A stretch of 64,000 nucleotides of DNA from an uncultured Actinomycetes bacterium (GTDB lineage Bacteria; Actinomycetota; Thermoleophilia; Solirubrobacterales; Solirubrobacteraceae), in contig CAWHMB010000004.1 of assembly GCA_963830405.1 (NCBI GenBank), positions 317,940-381,939 on the forward strand. The letters run 5' to 3'. Each line of letters starts with the position of its first letter. Position 1 is the stretch's first letter. Shown in pieces: positions 9,027-18,693 of the stretch. A program made the position numbers and the translations under genes. The notes under the pieces were generated by a model that saw only the letters and a list, made by a program, of their open reading frames with translations, was not told where the DNA came from and did no database searches.

Positions 9027-10496
9027 CTAGGCGTGTCGTGCGGCCGGATCAACTGCCTGTGGGACGGTCGGCTCAGCCGTGTCCGGCTGCTCCTCGGGAT
9101 TGGCCGAGAGCAGGAGAGCAGCTCCGAGGCCGATCAGCGCAAGGCCGGCGAGCACGAGCATCGCAAGGACGTAGGACTTGTTGCCGGTGGCGAGTTCTGA
9201 AACGAGGATCGTCCCCGCGATCGCCGTGCCCAGTGACGAGCCGAGGTTGGAGACGCTACGGGAGAGCCCAGAGATCTCGCCCTGCTTTTGCTCCGGAAAG
9301 CTGGACTGCACGATGTTGACCGATGGAGTCAGCATGACCCCTAGGCCAATGCCAACCACCGCCAGACCGGGTACGAAGGCCCAGACGCTCGACGAGGCCT
9401 TTACGAACGCGAGCAGAAGCCCGATGCCGGCGATCGTGACCACGAAGCCCGTGCGGATCAGCGTCCTCTGCGCGTATTTCTTCGCGAGTCGCTCAGCAGC
9501 AAGGGAGGAGATGAGGATCCCCGCCGTGGCCGCAGTGAAGATAACCCCAGTCTTGATCGCGGTGAAGCCGCGGACCGTCTGCAAGAAGACCGAGACGACG
9601 AACGTGGTTCCCATGAGCAGCAGCCATTGGATGTTCTGAGTGACGAGCCCGAGGTTGGAAGTGCGGTTGCGGAACAGACTGGTGGAGAGCAGCGGCTCCT
9701 TTCCGGCTCGTTCGCTCGATCGGGTGTGAAGGAAGAACCAGAGCAGGAATGCGGCTCCGAGTGCCAGGAATATGACCAACAAGGTGTTGTTGTTGCCTGC
9801 TTGCAGGATCCCGATGACGAGCAAGAACATGCCGCCCGCGGAGAGGATCGCGCCGACAATGTCGAACGGGCGCGTCGGGTCTGGCGGTATGGGGTCGGTG
9901 AGCTTGAGGGCGAGGTAGATAATCGTCGCCACAACAGCGGCTTGGAGCAGGAACGACGCTCTCCAACTGATTGTCGTGGTGATGAGGCCTCCGATTAGCG
10001 GGCCCGCAGCGGCGCCGATCCCGGCCGCGCCGCTGATGATCCCGAAGGCTCGGGCGCGCGACTGAAGGTCGCTGAAGGCGAGCGTCGCGAGGATGTAGAT
10101 CGGCGGAATCATCAACGCGGAGCCCACTCCTTCGAAGCCCGAGTAGCCGACGATCAATACGCCCAGCGTCGGCGCGAGTGCGGCGATCACGGCTCCGATT
10201 CCGTATAGGGTGAGGCCGCCGATCAGGCAGCGCTTGCGACCCTGAATGTCAGTCAGTTTGCTGCCGGGGATCATCAGGGCCGCCATGCACAGCAGAAAGA
10301 GCGTGATTGCGGTCTGCACGCCATGGATCGTGGTGTCGAGATCCTTGCTGATGTTGTTGATCGCGACGTTCATATTCGAGCCGGCGAAGCTTGCGACGAA
10401 CTGGGTTAGGGCCAGCGGAACGAGCATCTTCCGGGGCGAAATGCCGGAGCTCGTCGCGTTTGCGGTGCCAGGCTTCGGTGCAGAGTTCTCAGTCAA
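9027..10496 (-). CDS. MFS transporter, 14-TM DHA2-like
   Basis: GSKLTDIQGRKR loop motif, EGVGSALMIP, GPLIGG, many TM helices. Confidence 0.9.
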   Translation of the reverse strand: MTENSAPKPGTANATSSGISPRKMLVPLALTQFVASFAGSNMNVAINNISKDLDTTIHGVQTAITLFLLCMAALMIPGSKLTDIQGRKRCLIGGLTLYGIGAVIAALAPTLGVLIVGYSGFEGVGSALMIPPIYILATLAFSDLQSRARAFGIISGAAGIGAAAGPLIGGLITTTISWRASFLLQAAVVATIIYLALKLTDPIPPDPTRPFDIVGAILSAGGMFLLVIGILQAGNNNTLLVIFLALGAAFLLWFFLHTRSSERAGKEPLLSTSLFRNRTSNLGLVTQNIQWLLLMGTTFVVSVFLQTVRGFTAIKTGVIFTAATAGILISSLAAERLAKKYAQRTLIRTGFVVTIAGIGLLLAFVKASSSVWAFVPGLAVVGIGLGVMLTPSVNIVQSSFPEQKQGEISGLSRSVSNLGSSLGTAIAGTILVSELATGNKSYVLAMLVLAGLALIGLGAALLLSANPEEQPDTAEPTVPQAVDPAARHA

Positions 10497-10541
10497 TTCG
10501 GGTATAGGGTCCAGACGCAGCGGTGCGTTCGACTCCCACGC

Positions 10542-11393
10542 TCAAACGGTGACTGCGGCCCTCACGGGAGGCTTGACTCTGAACGGCCGGAGCTGGTCAT
10601 CGCCGATGCCGACGACTCCGTAGCTTCCTTCGGGTACTTCGTTCCAGGCGCCGGGAAGGTCACCGACGGGCTCCGAGAGCACCAGCCGTGCGTCGTCTGA
10701 GAGCTGTTGCAGGACTTCCCGCTCTGGATAGAGGACCCTCAGAGTCCGGACGTCGCGTGAGAAAAACAAAGAGCGCGACTTGCCCTCGCTCGAGTAGCGA
10801 AAGGCCCAAAGACGCTCGCCATCGGTCGTCGCGATCGTGCCCTGGAACGGATACCTGACGCCGCGTTGGGCCCCAGTCCCCTCGACTAGGCCGATCGCCT
10901 GCGCAACCGCCTCCGGTGGATTGTCCTCGAGCCCGAAGGTCAACGCTAGATAGAACAGCAGCTCGGTGTCGGTCTGTCCCTTGATCTCGGGAAAGAGCGA
11001 TTCGTCGATCGCCAGGACTAGGTCGCGCTTGATCAAATCGAGCCCGTCAATGAATCCGTTGTGCATGAACAGCCAGCGGCCGTGGCGGAATGGGTGGCAG
11101 TTCGTCTGTTGAACAGCGGAGCCGATCGCGGCGCGGATGTGGGCGAGGAAGAGGTGGGAACGAATATGGCTGGAGACCTCGCGGAGGTTCTGGTCGTTCC
11201 ACGCCGGCTCGATGCTGCGGAACACTCCGGGGATCGGCTCGGTGTCGTACCACCCGATACCGAAACCGTCACCGTTTGTTGGCTCCGCGCCGAGCCGCGA
11301 ATGCAAGCTCTGGTCGATCAGTGAATGAGCCGGCGTGTAGAGGGCTTTATCAATCGGCACCGGCGAACCGGCGTAAGCGAGCCAACGGCACAT
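10542..11393 (-). CDS. class II glutamine amidotransferase (Ntn hydrolase, EgtC/YafJ-like)
   Basis: N-terminal MCR nucleophile, NGDGFG, HIRAA, NCHPF, MHNG, GQTDTE. Confidence 0.9.
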   Translation of the reverse strand: MCRWLAYAGSPVPIDKALYTPAHSLIDQSLHSRLGAEPTNGDGFGIGWYDTEPIPGVFRSIEPAWNDQNLREVSSHIRSHLFLAHIRAAIGSAVQQTNCHPFRHGRWLFMHNGFIDGLDLIKRDLVLAIDESLFPEIKGQTDTELLFYLALTFGLEDNPPEAVAQAIGLVEGTGAQRGVRYPFQGTIATTDGERLWAFRYSSEGKSRSLFFSRDVRTLRVLYPEREVLQQLSDDARLVLSEPVGDLPGAWNEVPEGSYGVVGIGDDQLRPFRVKPPVRAAVTV

Positions 11394-11538
11394 GGGTCGG
11401 GCCTTTCATTATTGGTCGAGACTGACTGACGGCAAGTCACACGGTTCGCCAATCTTGCCGTGGTGGCTGTCGGCTGAACCGGTCGCATCGTGCGAGGCTA
11501 CGTCCGAGACGAGTCGAGGCGCCGCTCCCGCTCAGGAA

Positions 11539-11550
11539 TCACCCAGGTGA
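11539..11550. promoter_or_regulatory. short palindrome TCACC-N2-GGTGA
   Basis: TCACC-CA-GGTGA; forms the last 4 codons of the 11539..11787 ORF. Confidence 0.5.
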
Positions 11551-11787
11551 ACGTGAACGGCTCGCTGCTCCGATCGCCTGCGCGACGTCCATCGCCGTGA
11601 CACTGAGAAGCGTCAGGCCGAGATCCCACACGCGCTGCAGCAAACCGCTGAGTTCAGCTTGGTCTCGGACCGAACCCACAATCACGGTATTGCCACCCTC
11701 GGGCATCACACTCATACCGCGGAACTTTGATGCAACCAGACCGCCCAGCTCGCCCTCCACCTCCAGCCGATATGTGCGATCGCGCAT
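11539..11787 (-). CDS. small conserved actinobacterial hypothetical protein (possible ACT-like fold)
   Basis: YRLEVEGELG...GSVRDQAELSGLLQRVWDLGLTLLSV pattern. Confidence 0.65.
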   Translation of the reverse strand: MRDRTYRLEVEGELGGLVASKFRGMSVMPEGGNTVIVGSVRDQAELSGLLQRVWDLGLTLLSVTAMDVAQAIGAASRSRSPG

Positions 11788-11838
11788 TTCGGCACCATGG
11801 CACACATATGATCGGGGCTTTATGGTCCTCCGTCGGGT

Positions 11839-11850
11839 TCACCTAGGTGA
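11839..11850. promoter_or_regulatory. short palindrome TCACC-N2-GGTGA
   Basis: TCACC-TA-GGTGA; forms the last 4 codons of MalT-like gene 1. Confidence 0.5.
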
Positions 11851-14113
11851 GCGCGCTTCTTCAACGAGGCCCAACGCGTCAGCGCGAGCAACGGCGGCTT
11901 CGCGCGAGCAGACGCTGAGCTTGCGGTAAATCGCCCGGGTGTGTGATCGGACGGTGTTCGCTGAAAGAAACAGCTCTCCTCCGATCTCCCGCGCCGACAG
12001 GTTCGTCGAGAGGAGCCGGAGTACAGCGAGCTCTGCGTCACTGGGCGGTTCGAGCACGTCGCCGTTGCTCGCCTGCCGTCTCGCCCGATTGAGCTGTTTG
12101 GCGACATCGGCGACGAGCGCCGCAACCGTTCCGCTGTCGGTGAGCTCGGTGATCTCGTCGCTTGCCTGGCGCAGCGTGTCGTCAGCTTCGTCAAGCCGGC
12201 CGCGCCGACCGCGAACCTCAGCAAGCCGGACAAGCACGCGTGCGTGGTCGACGGTCGCCACCTGGTCGCGGAAGAATTGTTCAGCGTAGGCGAACTCCCG
12301 TTCGGCGCCCGCGAAATCGCTGTCGGCCGCCAGGACGGCGCCGCTCGCTACGGAGGCATTGGCACCCAGCCAACTTCTGCTGCTGGTAATGCCGCCGATG
12401 ATTGCTCGCGCCGTTTCGGCATGGCTGCGGGCGGACGCGAGCCGTCCGCGTTCAGCCGCGATGTGGGCGAGCGTCGAGTGAGCAACGGCGTAACCGGGGG
12501 CCAGCCGCCCGGCATCGGGATGATCGACGGCGCGGATCGCCGTAGTCCATGCCTCGTCGAGCTCCCCGGCGAAGTGGAGAGCGCGTGCGAGCATGGCCAT
12601 GGCCGCGACGAGAAAGTCCTCAGCGCCAATCTGCGCAAGCTCCACCGCCTCGCGAGCTTCTCTTACAGCCGCGCCGACCCCGTTGTCGATGCCGCAGGCG
12701 CGCACAGTTGCCAGCACCGCGTCGGCGTACACCCCGAACCGTTCTGGATGCTCTGATTTCGCGCGGCTGGCGAGTTCCACCAGTCGCCGTCGCTCCAGAG
12801 TCAGCTGACCAACAATGGTCGCGGCCGTCGCCGCGGCCCCGAGCAGTTCTGGATGCCCCATGAGACAGCCGTCCGGCAGCGTTCGAGCCCAGCCGAGCAG
12901 GGCTCCGGCTCGACCATTCCTGAGCATCGCCAGGTGACATTCACTCAAAAGCTCGGCGACGAGCTCGTGGTCCCGGGCCGCGGACGCGTGCGCGATTGCC
13001 TCGGGAAACATGCCCCGTGATCGCAGCCATTCGGCGGCGCGCCGAAGGATCTCCACCGCAGCGTCGGCGTCATCGGCCGCGAGCTGGGCCGCGGCGAATT
13101 CCGCAAAGAGCGGGTGGACACGGAACCACTCTCGACGCTCGAGGCCCACCACGAACATGTTGGAGTCCTCGAGATCGGCCAGCACCGCCGCCGAGTCCTT
13201 GCGACCGAGCACGGCGTCGCACAGCTCCGTCGTGAAGGCTCTCAGGATGGCCACGCGAAGCAGGAACGAGCGGTGGTCCGCGTCGAGCGTTTCGAGCACC
13301 TCGTGGCTCAGATACTCAGCGACGTAGCGATGATTACCGCCGAACTCGAGCACGGCGCGCCCTTGATCGTCCACGTTGCGGAGCCACAGGGCGGCCAGGT
13401 ACAGCGCGGCCGGCCAGCCGTCGGTTCGATTCCGCAGAATCTCGATCTGTTCGTCTTCGAGCTGGAGGCCACCGCGGTCAACGAGTAGCTCATGCGCTTC
13501 TGCAGCTGTGAACGCAAGCTCGTCAGCGCGCAACTCGACCACGGCACCGCGGGCGCGCAAGCGCGCCAGCCCCAGCGCGGGGTCAGCACGCGTGATCACA
13601 ACCAGACGCGCCGTCGCCGGGAGCCGATCGATCGCGTACTCTAGCGACGCAAGGCACCCCGTATCCGTAACGGTTTGAAGGTCGTCCAGCACGATTGTCA
13701 ACTGACGCCCGAACGCGAAGATCCCATTCATGAGCTCGTCCACGGTGACCTTGATCGGGATCCCGGGTACCTGAAGCCGCTTCAGCGCTCGACGGCCGAG
13801 TCCCTCGCGGACTCGATTGACCGCGAGCGACAACATATGTCCACAGCCGTGCGGGATCGTTGTCCTCGACGTCGAGTGTCACCCAGGCAAAGGCAGCGTC
13901 CGTGCTCTCGCACCAGGCGCGGACCGCCGTTGTCTTGCCGTAACCGGGCGGCGCCGCGACGAGCGTCAGGGCGGCGTCCGTACCGGCCCCGAGCGCCTGC
14001 GCGATGCGCGGGCGCTGCACCATCCCGCGTCGCTGCCTCGGCGGGGCGAGCTTGGCCTCGGACGGAGGGGGTGGCCCCTCCGCGAGAGGTAGCTCAGCAG
14101 ACTTTGCACCGAC
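11839..14113 (-). pseudogene. MalT-like STAND ATPase/LuxR-HTH regulator 1, split by a 1-bp frameshift near 13825
   Basis: ORF 13583..14161 has EAKLAPP and APPGYGKT; ORF 11839..13836 has VLDDLQ, DGWPAALYL and a LuxR HTH (SANTVRSHTRAIYRKL); removing one G at 13825 gives LWTYVVAAVNRV. Confidence 0.8.
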
Positions 14114-14200
14114 CCCTGTCCGGAAAGGGTGATTCCGCAAGGGCGCAAGTCGATCAGCCATCTCCCCCCGTTAGGTTCGACCGTTGCCGGCTGCTGGTCC

Positions 14201-14217
14201 TCACCCGAAAGGGGTGA
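14201..14217. promoter_or_regulatory. palindromic operator-like motif (exact)
   Basis: TCACCC-GAAAG-GGGTGA upstream of MalT-like gene 1. Confidence 0.75.
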
Positions 14218-14282
14218 TCCTGCTGGGCTCACGTAAGAAGCGGGCGCGGCGCTAATCAAGCGTGACGTCACTGCATGCTCGA

Positions 14283-14540
14283 TCAGCCCGCGCCGAGGAT
14301 GCTCGTCTTCTGCCTTGCGAACTCCTCATCCGTGAGAACGCCCTGCTCGTGGAGCTTCCCGAGCTCACCCAGTCGTTGGGTGTCCTCGGCGGTGATCCCG
14401 CGCGGGGCGGAAGAAGCCGGAGCGGCATAGGCCCGCTGCTGCTCCTCCTCCTGCTGGCGCTCCCGGTGCTTGCCGAAAGCATATGCTCCCCCTCCCACCG
14501 CGGCTGCACGCAGCAGGGGACGCCGTCTGAAGAATGGCAT
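14283..14540 (-). CDS. SHOCT domain protein
   Basis: RRRPLLRAAAVGGGAY N-terminus; LGELGKLHEQGVLTDEEFARQKTSIL SHOCT C-terminus. Confidence 0.85.
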   Translation of the reverse strand: MPFFRRRPLLRAAAVGGGAYAFGKHRERQQEEEQQRAYAAPASSAPRGITAEDTQRLGELGKLHEQGVLTDEEFARQKTSILGAG

Positions 14541-14542
14541 CT

Positions 14543-14893
14543 CTACTCCTCGCCCTCTCCGTCGACCGCCAGCCCCATCGCGAGCATTATCTCCGGCGCA
14601 GCCGCGATGATTCTCGGACCACCGACCTGGGGTGCGACTGCTCGCAGCACGCCGATGAAATCCTCAGCGCTCACTCCCTCCTCCAAGGCGTTTGCGACCT
14701 GCCACGCGTAGGAGGCCGGCGGCGCATCGAGGGCGATAAGCGTTGCAATCTTCACTAGTGCGAACGTGCGCGGGTCCAGGCCGCTGCCCTCGCGATTGAG
14801 CTCCCGCAGACCTACCGCGTCCTCGAGAACCTCGAGGTTGCCGGCCGAGATCCCGGACAGCGTCCGATGAGTGTCTGCTCCAACAAGTGCCAT
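14543..14893 (-). CDS. CMD/AhpD-fold protein, subfamily A copy 1 (no CxxC)
   Basis: LDPRTFALVKIATLIALDAPPASY...GVLRAVAPQVGGPR; RBS AAGGA. Confidence 0.75.
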   Translation of the reverse strand: MALVGADTHRTLSGISAGNLEVLEDAVGLRELNREGSGLDPRTFALVKIATLIALDAPPASYAWQVANALEEGVSAEDFIGVLRAVAPQVGGPRIIAAAPEIMLAMGLAVDGEGEE

Positions 14894-14965
14894 CTGTATT
14901 CCTTTCAATCGACGGTGCAGCCGCGGCGCCGAACGGCGTCGGCTGCGGTTCGAAACTGCGGAGCG

Positions 14966-15478
14966 CTACGAGCGTGCCGTCGCCTCTGCTGCAGGCTGCA
15001 GCGCCTCTTGCAGCTTTTTCGTGTCATCTTCGGAGAGCGACGTCTTGATCACAGTGCCGCCGTACTGCTGCAGCGCGGCGATCGCCTTATCGGGCGTCGC
15101 CTGCTCGACCACCACGAACAGCGCAGAGGTGCCCGGCTGAACGTAGTCGCGTACCTGCTGCTGGAACGCCTTGTCGATCCCCTTCTCGCCGAAATGCCCG
15201 AACAGCGCGCCCATTCCGGCGCCCAACGCCAGTCCCGCGAACGGGATGAAGAACAACAGTCCGAACAAAAATCCCCAGAATCCACCCCACCATGCGCCCG
15301 CGCCGGCCGATGCGCCGCCGTGGGAGGTATGCACGTGATATTTGCCATCCAGGTCGCGCGAGATCGCAGCAACCTGATCGGCCTGGATGATCAAATCTGC
15401 CTCCAAGCGCGAGACGGTCGCCCGCGCCTGCTCGGCGGTCTCCTGATCGGGGTATCCGATCGCAACTAACGTCGCCAT
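14966..15478 (-). CDS. DUF1269 family protein, copy 1
   Basis: MATLVAIGYP, glycine-zipper GAWWGGFWGFLFGLLFFIPFAGLALGAGMGAL, PGTSALF, GGTVIKTSLS. Confidence 0.85.
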   Translation of the reverse strand: MATLVAIGYPDQETAEQARATVSRLEADLIIQADQVAAISRDLDGKYHVHTSHGGASAGAGAWWGGFWGFLFGLLFFIPFAGLALGAGMGALFGHFGEKGIDKAFQQQVRDYVQPGTSALFVVVEQATPDKAIAALQQYGGTVIKTSLSEDDTKKLQEALQPAAEATARS

Positions 15479-15580
15479 AAAGTCACGTCTCCTGGTGGAA
15501 TTTGCTGAAATTGCCCCAGCGATCCGGTTCGACACGAGGCTACGTCGCCTCCGAACGGACAAGCGGCTAACGGCACTGAT

Positions 15581-15592
15581 TCACCCAGGTGA
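15581..15592. promoter_or_regulatory. short palindrome TCACC-N2-GGTGA
   Basis: (T)TCACC-CA-GGTGA(A) about 100 bp upstream of DUF1269. Confidence 0.5.
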
Positions 15593-15650
15593 ACGCGATC
15601 GGTTGCGCCGGGAATGGAAGCAGTGCCAGTCGGGCCCAGGACGCCGGTCA

Positions 15651-16940
15651 TCAGGCCAGCGTCGCGTCGGCCGGCGCGCCATGCAGAACGAATTTCGCCA
15701 GCGCCTCGACCACCTGCCATGGTTTGTCGGGCTCAAGCGCAGATGGAGAAGCGCCGGGATGGTGAGGCGCGATCCTGACGCGCAGAGCACCCGCACGGAC
15801 CTGGAACTGGAGTGGTGGATCGAGCCGGGTGGCCTCGCCGTCAATCCCCGCTGCCACCTGTGCACCCGAGTCGACCTCGAAGGCGGGTGTGATCCATTGT
15901 TGCATCCCCAGCTTTCGCTCGGTGGAGCCATCGCCGGAGAAGGTGATCGGAGCTAGGACCGTAACGCCGAGGACGGCCTGATCGAGGTGCGGCCGCGTGC
16001 CCGATCCGAGCGCGTGCCCGAGCCGATACGCGTTGTTGGACACAAGGATGGCCACGGCGGACTCGTGTCCCGCCGGACTGCGCCAGACCAGGCCCGGGGG
16101 CCCGGCGTCCGCTCCGAGTGAATCGGGAACGGTGTCAAGCAGCGTGTGCAGCTTCGCCGCTCGATAACCGGCACGCTGCACGGCCTCGGCGTACAGCCCA
16201 AGCGAGACGTTGTTGACGAACAGTCGTCCGTTGACCTCCGCGAGATCGACGCGCCGCTCACCGCCGTTGACAAACGCGTCTAGTGCCCCGACGACATCGT
16301 CTCGGTCGACGCCGAGGTCGAGCGCGAAGTGGTTACGCGTGCCTGCTGGTATGCAGGCGTATGGCAGATCGAGCTCGGCGGCGACCATCGCCACGATCGC
16401 CTGAGACCCATCCCCTCCCGCCATCGCGAGCGCGTCCGCGCCCGTCCCCACAGCGCCGCGGACGAGTTGTTCGAGGTCGTCTCCGTAGCGTAACTCGATG
16501 GGTTCAATGCCACGCCGGCGAGCCTCGTCCGCCAAGTGGTACCGCTCTGCCTTTCCGCCTCCCGACAGCGGGTTGTAGAACAGGACGGGCTTGCGTGGGC
16601 GCTGTGCCGATGGCCATTCCACGTGGGCTTTGAAGGCCTCGCGCGCGGCGGTCACCGCGCCGGCCACGCCCGCCAACAAGAGCAGGTCTGCGAGCACCCG
16701 GCCTTCGACGATCACCAGCACGACCGCGCCGGCGAGCAGCAGCGCAGCGAGTATCAGGGCCAGGGTACGGGGCACACCACGCCGTCGGACGCCGTACCAG
16801 GCCGAGCAAAGTGCGAGGGCGGCGCAAGCGAGCACCGACAGGCCGTTGGGGAAGTGGGACACCGCGAGCACAACGGCGAGCACGATCGCCGTGAGCGCCA
16901 AAAGGAGTGCAGTTGCCGACCAGATCCTGCGCACCGTCAT
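15651..16940 (-). CDS. diacylglycerol/lipid kinase family protein with N-terminal TM helices
   Basis: FYNPLSGGGK, AGGDGS, IPAGTRNHFALDLG, VNNVSLG. Confidence 0.85.
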   Translation of the reverse strand: MTVRRIWSATALLLALTAIVLAVVLAVSHFPNGLSVLACAALALCSAWYGVRRRGVPRTLALILAALLLAGAVVLVIVEGRVLADLLLLAGVAGAVTAAREAFKAHVEWPSAQRPRKPVLFYNPLSGGGKAERYHLADEARRRGIEPIELRYGDDLEQLVRGAVGTGADALAMAGGDGSQAIVAMVAAELDLPYACIPAGTRNHFALDLGVDRDDVVGALDAFVNGGERRVDLAEVNGRLFVNNVSLGLYAEAVQRAGYRAAKLHTLLDTVPDSLGADAGPPGLVWRSPAGHESAVAILVSNNAYRLGHALGSGTRPHLDQAVLGVTVLAPITFSGDGSTERKLGMQQWITPAFEVDSGAQVAAGIDGEATRLDPPLQFQVRAGALRVRIAPHHPGASPSALEPDKPWQVVEALAKFVLHGAPADATLA

Positions 16941-17025
16941 CCCTCCGGTCTGGCCGAACCTGCAGTACCCGTGTCGCCTATTAGTCTCACGGCACGTATG
17001 GTGGTCCTCTCGCCGGGCCGCTCCA

Positions 17026-17042
17026 TCACCTCATCGGGGTGA
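17026..17042. promoter_or_regulatory. palindromic operator-like motif (1 mismatch)
   Basis: (CA)TCACCT-CATCG-GGGTGA in divergent gap. Confidence 0.65.
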
Positions 17043-17128
17043 GGGCCCGCTCGTGCTGGGAAGGGTGCCGACCTTTCTCAGGCCGCGCCCGGCGGGTCGG
17101 GTAACGTTTATCTGAGGCTCGACGGGGT

Positions 17129-17467
17129 ATGGCCAAAGCACACATGCGCGACGAGGGACTTCGCGACGATTATCTCTTCGTTGAGCGGCAGCCGGCCGCA
17201 CTATCGCGGCCGCGGCTCGTCCTGATCGCGGCCCTGCTCACCGTGCTGCTCAGCGCCGCCACCTGCGCCCTCGCGATCCTTGCTCCGGCGCCGCCGGCAG
17301 CCGTGCCGCTGGTCCTGACGATCTGCGTCGGATGTCCGATGTTCTCCGGCTGGGAGGTCCCGAATGCCGTCGCCGCCTTGCGGGCGAGGCGTGGTGGCAA
17401 GGAACTGGCCAAGCTCCGGCGGACTCTCGACGATTTGCCCGAGACCGAGCACCCGCTCGGTCTCTGA
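17129..17467 (+). CDS. hypothetical 2-TM protein
   Basis: 112-aa ORF with two hydrophobic segments. Confidence 0.5.
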   Translation: MAKAHMRDEGLRDDYLFVERQPAALSRPRLVLIAALLTVLLSAATCALAILAPAPPAAVPLVLTICVGCPMFSGWEVPNAVAALRARRGGKELAKLRRTLDDLPETEHPLGL

Positions 17468-17502
17468 TCTCGGGGCGCCACCTAACCCTTGGGTGGTCTG
17501 AA

Positions 17503-17519
17503 TCACCCGGATCGAAGGA
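17503..17519. promoter_or_regulatory. weak copy of operator-like motif
   Basis: TCACCC-GGATC-GAAGGA(TG), 2 mismatches. Confidence 0.35.
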
Positions 17520-17713
17520 TGCACGCGAAGGCAGCGCGAGGACGGCGCTGATCGCCGGTGCTGCCCTGGGACTCGCGCGGGTCGTGTCATCAGCGCCCGG
17601 GCTGGCGCTGGCGATCGACGACTTCGAGGCCGAAGACTCACGGGTGACCCGACTCGGCGCGGCGCCCACGAAGGACGTGCTCGCGCTCATCGACGAGTGC
17701 GAGCCGTCGATAG

Positions 17714-18310
17714 TCAGCAACCTCGGGCGCCGAGTACGCCCGCTGTGAGGTCGGCGATAACCGAGCCCAGCAGAGCGCCCGCCAAGATGTCCCCGGGGTA
17801 ATGGACCCCGGTGTGAATGCGCGAGTAGGCAACCAGAGCCGATAACGCGTGCAATGGCGCTCCGGCGACGGGCAGCACGGTCCCGACGCCTCCCGCGAAC
17901 GCAACGGCGGCGGCGGTGTGACCTGACGGAAACGAGCGCGATCCCGGCATTCGAATCTGCCGGGTGACCGGGACCTCCTGTGCCGTACGGTCGGGGCGAG
18001 GACGACGCCCGAGTGGCTTGACCACGAGGTTGACGAAGGCGGCGGTAGTTGCCACTGATGCAAGCCCCGTGGCGGCGGCGCGCCGTCCGCGCGGTCCGCC
18101 GGCTACCGCCAGCAGCGCGCCGGACCCGATTGACAGCCGCGAGTAGTCGGCAGCACGCGAGAGCCGCCGCATCGCCCGATCGAGCCGCGGCGTCGAGGTG
18201 CTGGCCACCGCATCGTAGACGGCGAAGTCGATCCGCTCCGCCTCCGCCAGCCAGGACCCGCGCCGGTCGGGGATGGCACTCTTGGATCTTGATGCTGTAG
18301 CGGCCATCAT
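17714..18310 (-). CDS. PAP2 family phosphatase
   Basis: KPLGRRPRP, SFPSGHTAAA, SRIHTGVHYPGDI. Confidence 0.85.
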   Translation of the reverse strand: MMAATASRSKSAIPDRRGSWLAEAERIDFAVYDAVASTSTPRLDRAMRRLSRAADYSRLSIGSGALLAVAGGPRGRRAAATGLASVATTAAFVNLVVKPLGRRPRPDRTAQEVPVTRQIRMPGSRSFPSGHTAAAVAFAGGVGTVLPVAGAPLHALSALVAYSRIHTGVHYPGDILAGALLGSVIADLTAGVLGARGC

Positions 18311-18453
18311 GGTTGACAGAGCTTGCCCACCCATGGTCCGGCCGAGCACCGCGCCGCGCATCGTCCGGATCAGGTTACGTCCGGCTCCGGCGTCGAACTT
18401 GCACTCAGCTGGTCAGGATGGGGGCGCGACCGGCAGGTTCAGCTCTTCGGCCG

Positions 18454-18640
18454 GGGAACGCGCGCGACGATCAGGGTCCGCTGTTTCTGCAAGCCAAGGA
18501 GGCGCAAGCATCGGTTCTGGAGGGCTTCGCCGGAGCCAGCGACTACCGTAACTGCGGCGAGCGCGTCGTAGTCGGCCAACGGCTCATGCAGGCGGCCAGC
18601 GACATCCTCCTTGGATGGCTGCACGTCACAGGCTTCGGGG
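18454..18640 (+). pseudogene. DUF2252 internal fragment (copy 3)
   Basis: PLFLQAKEAQASVLE...GERVVVGQRLMQAASDILLGW closely matches copies 1 and 2. Confidence 0.8.
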
Positions 18641-18693
18641 CCGCCGGCAGTCCCAACGGGATGCCGCCCAGCGGGTACTGACGACGTCCTGGG

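Noticed and set aside
17332-17748. ORF containing LAIDDF, reminiscent of an EAL domain
   Set aside because: No other EAL motifs, no convincing start, and it overlaps neighbours; left unannotated
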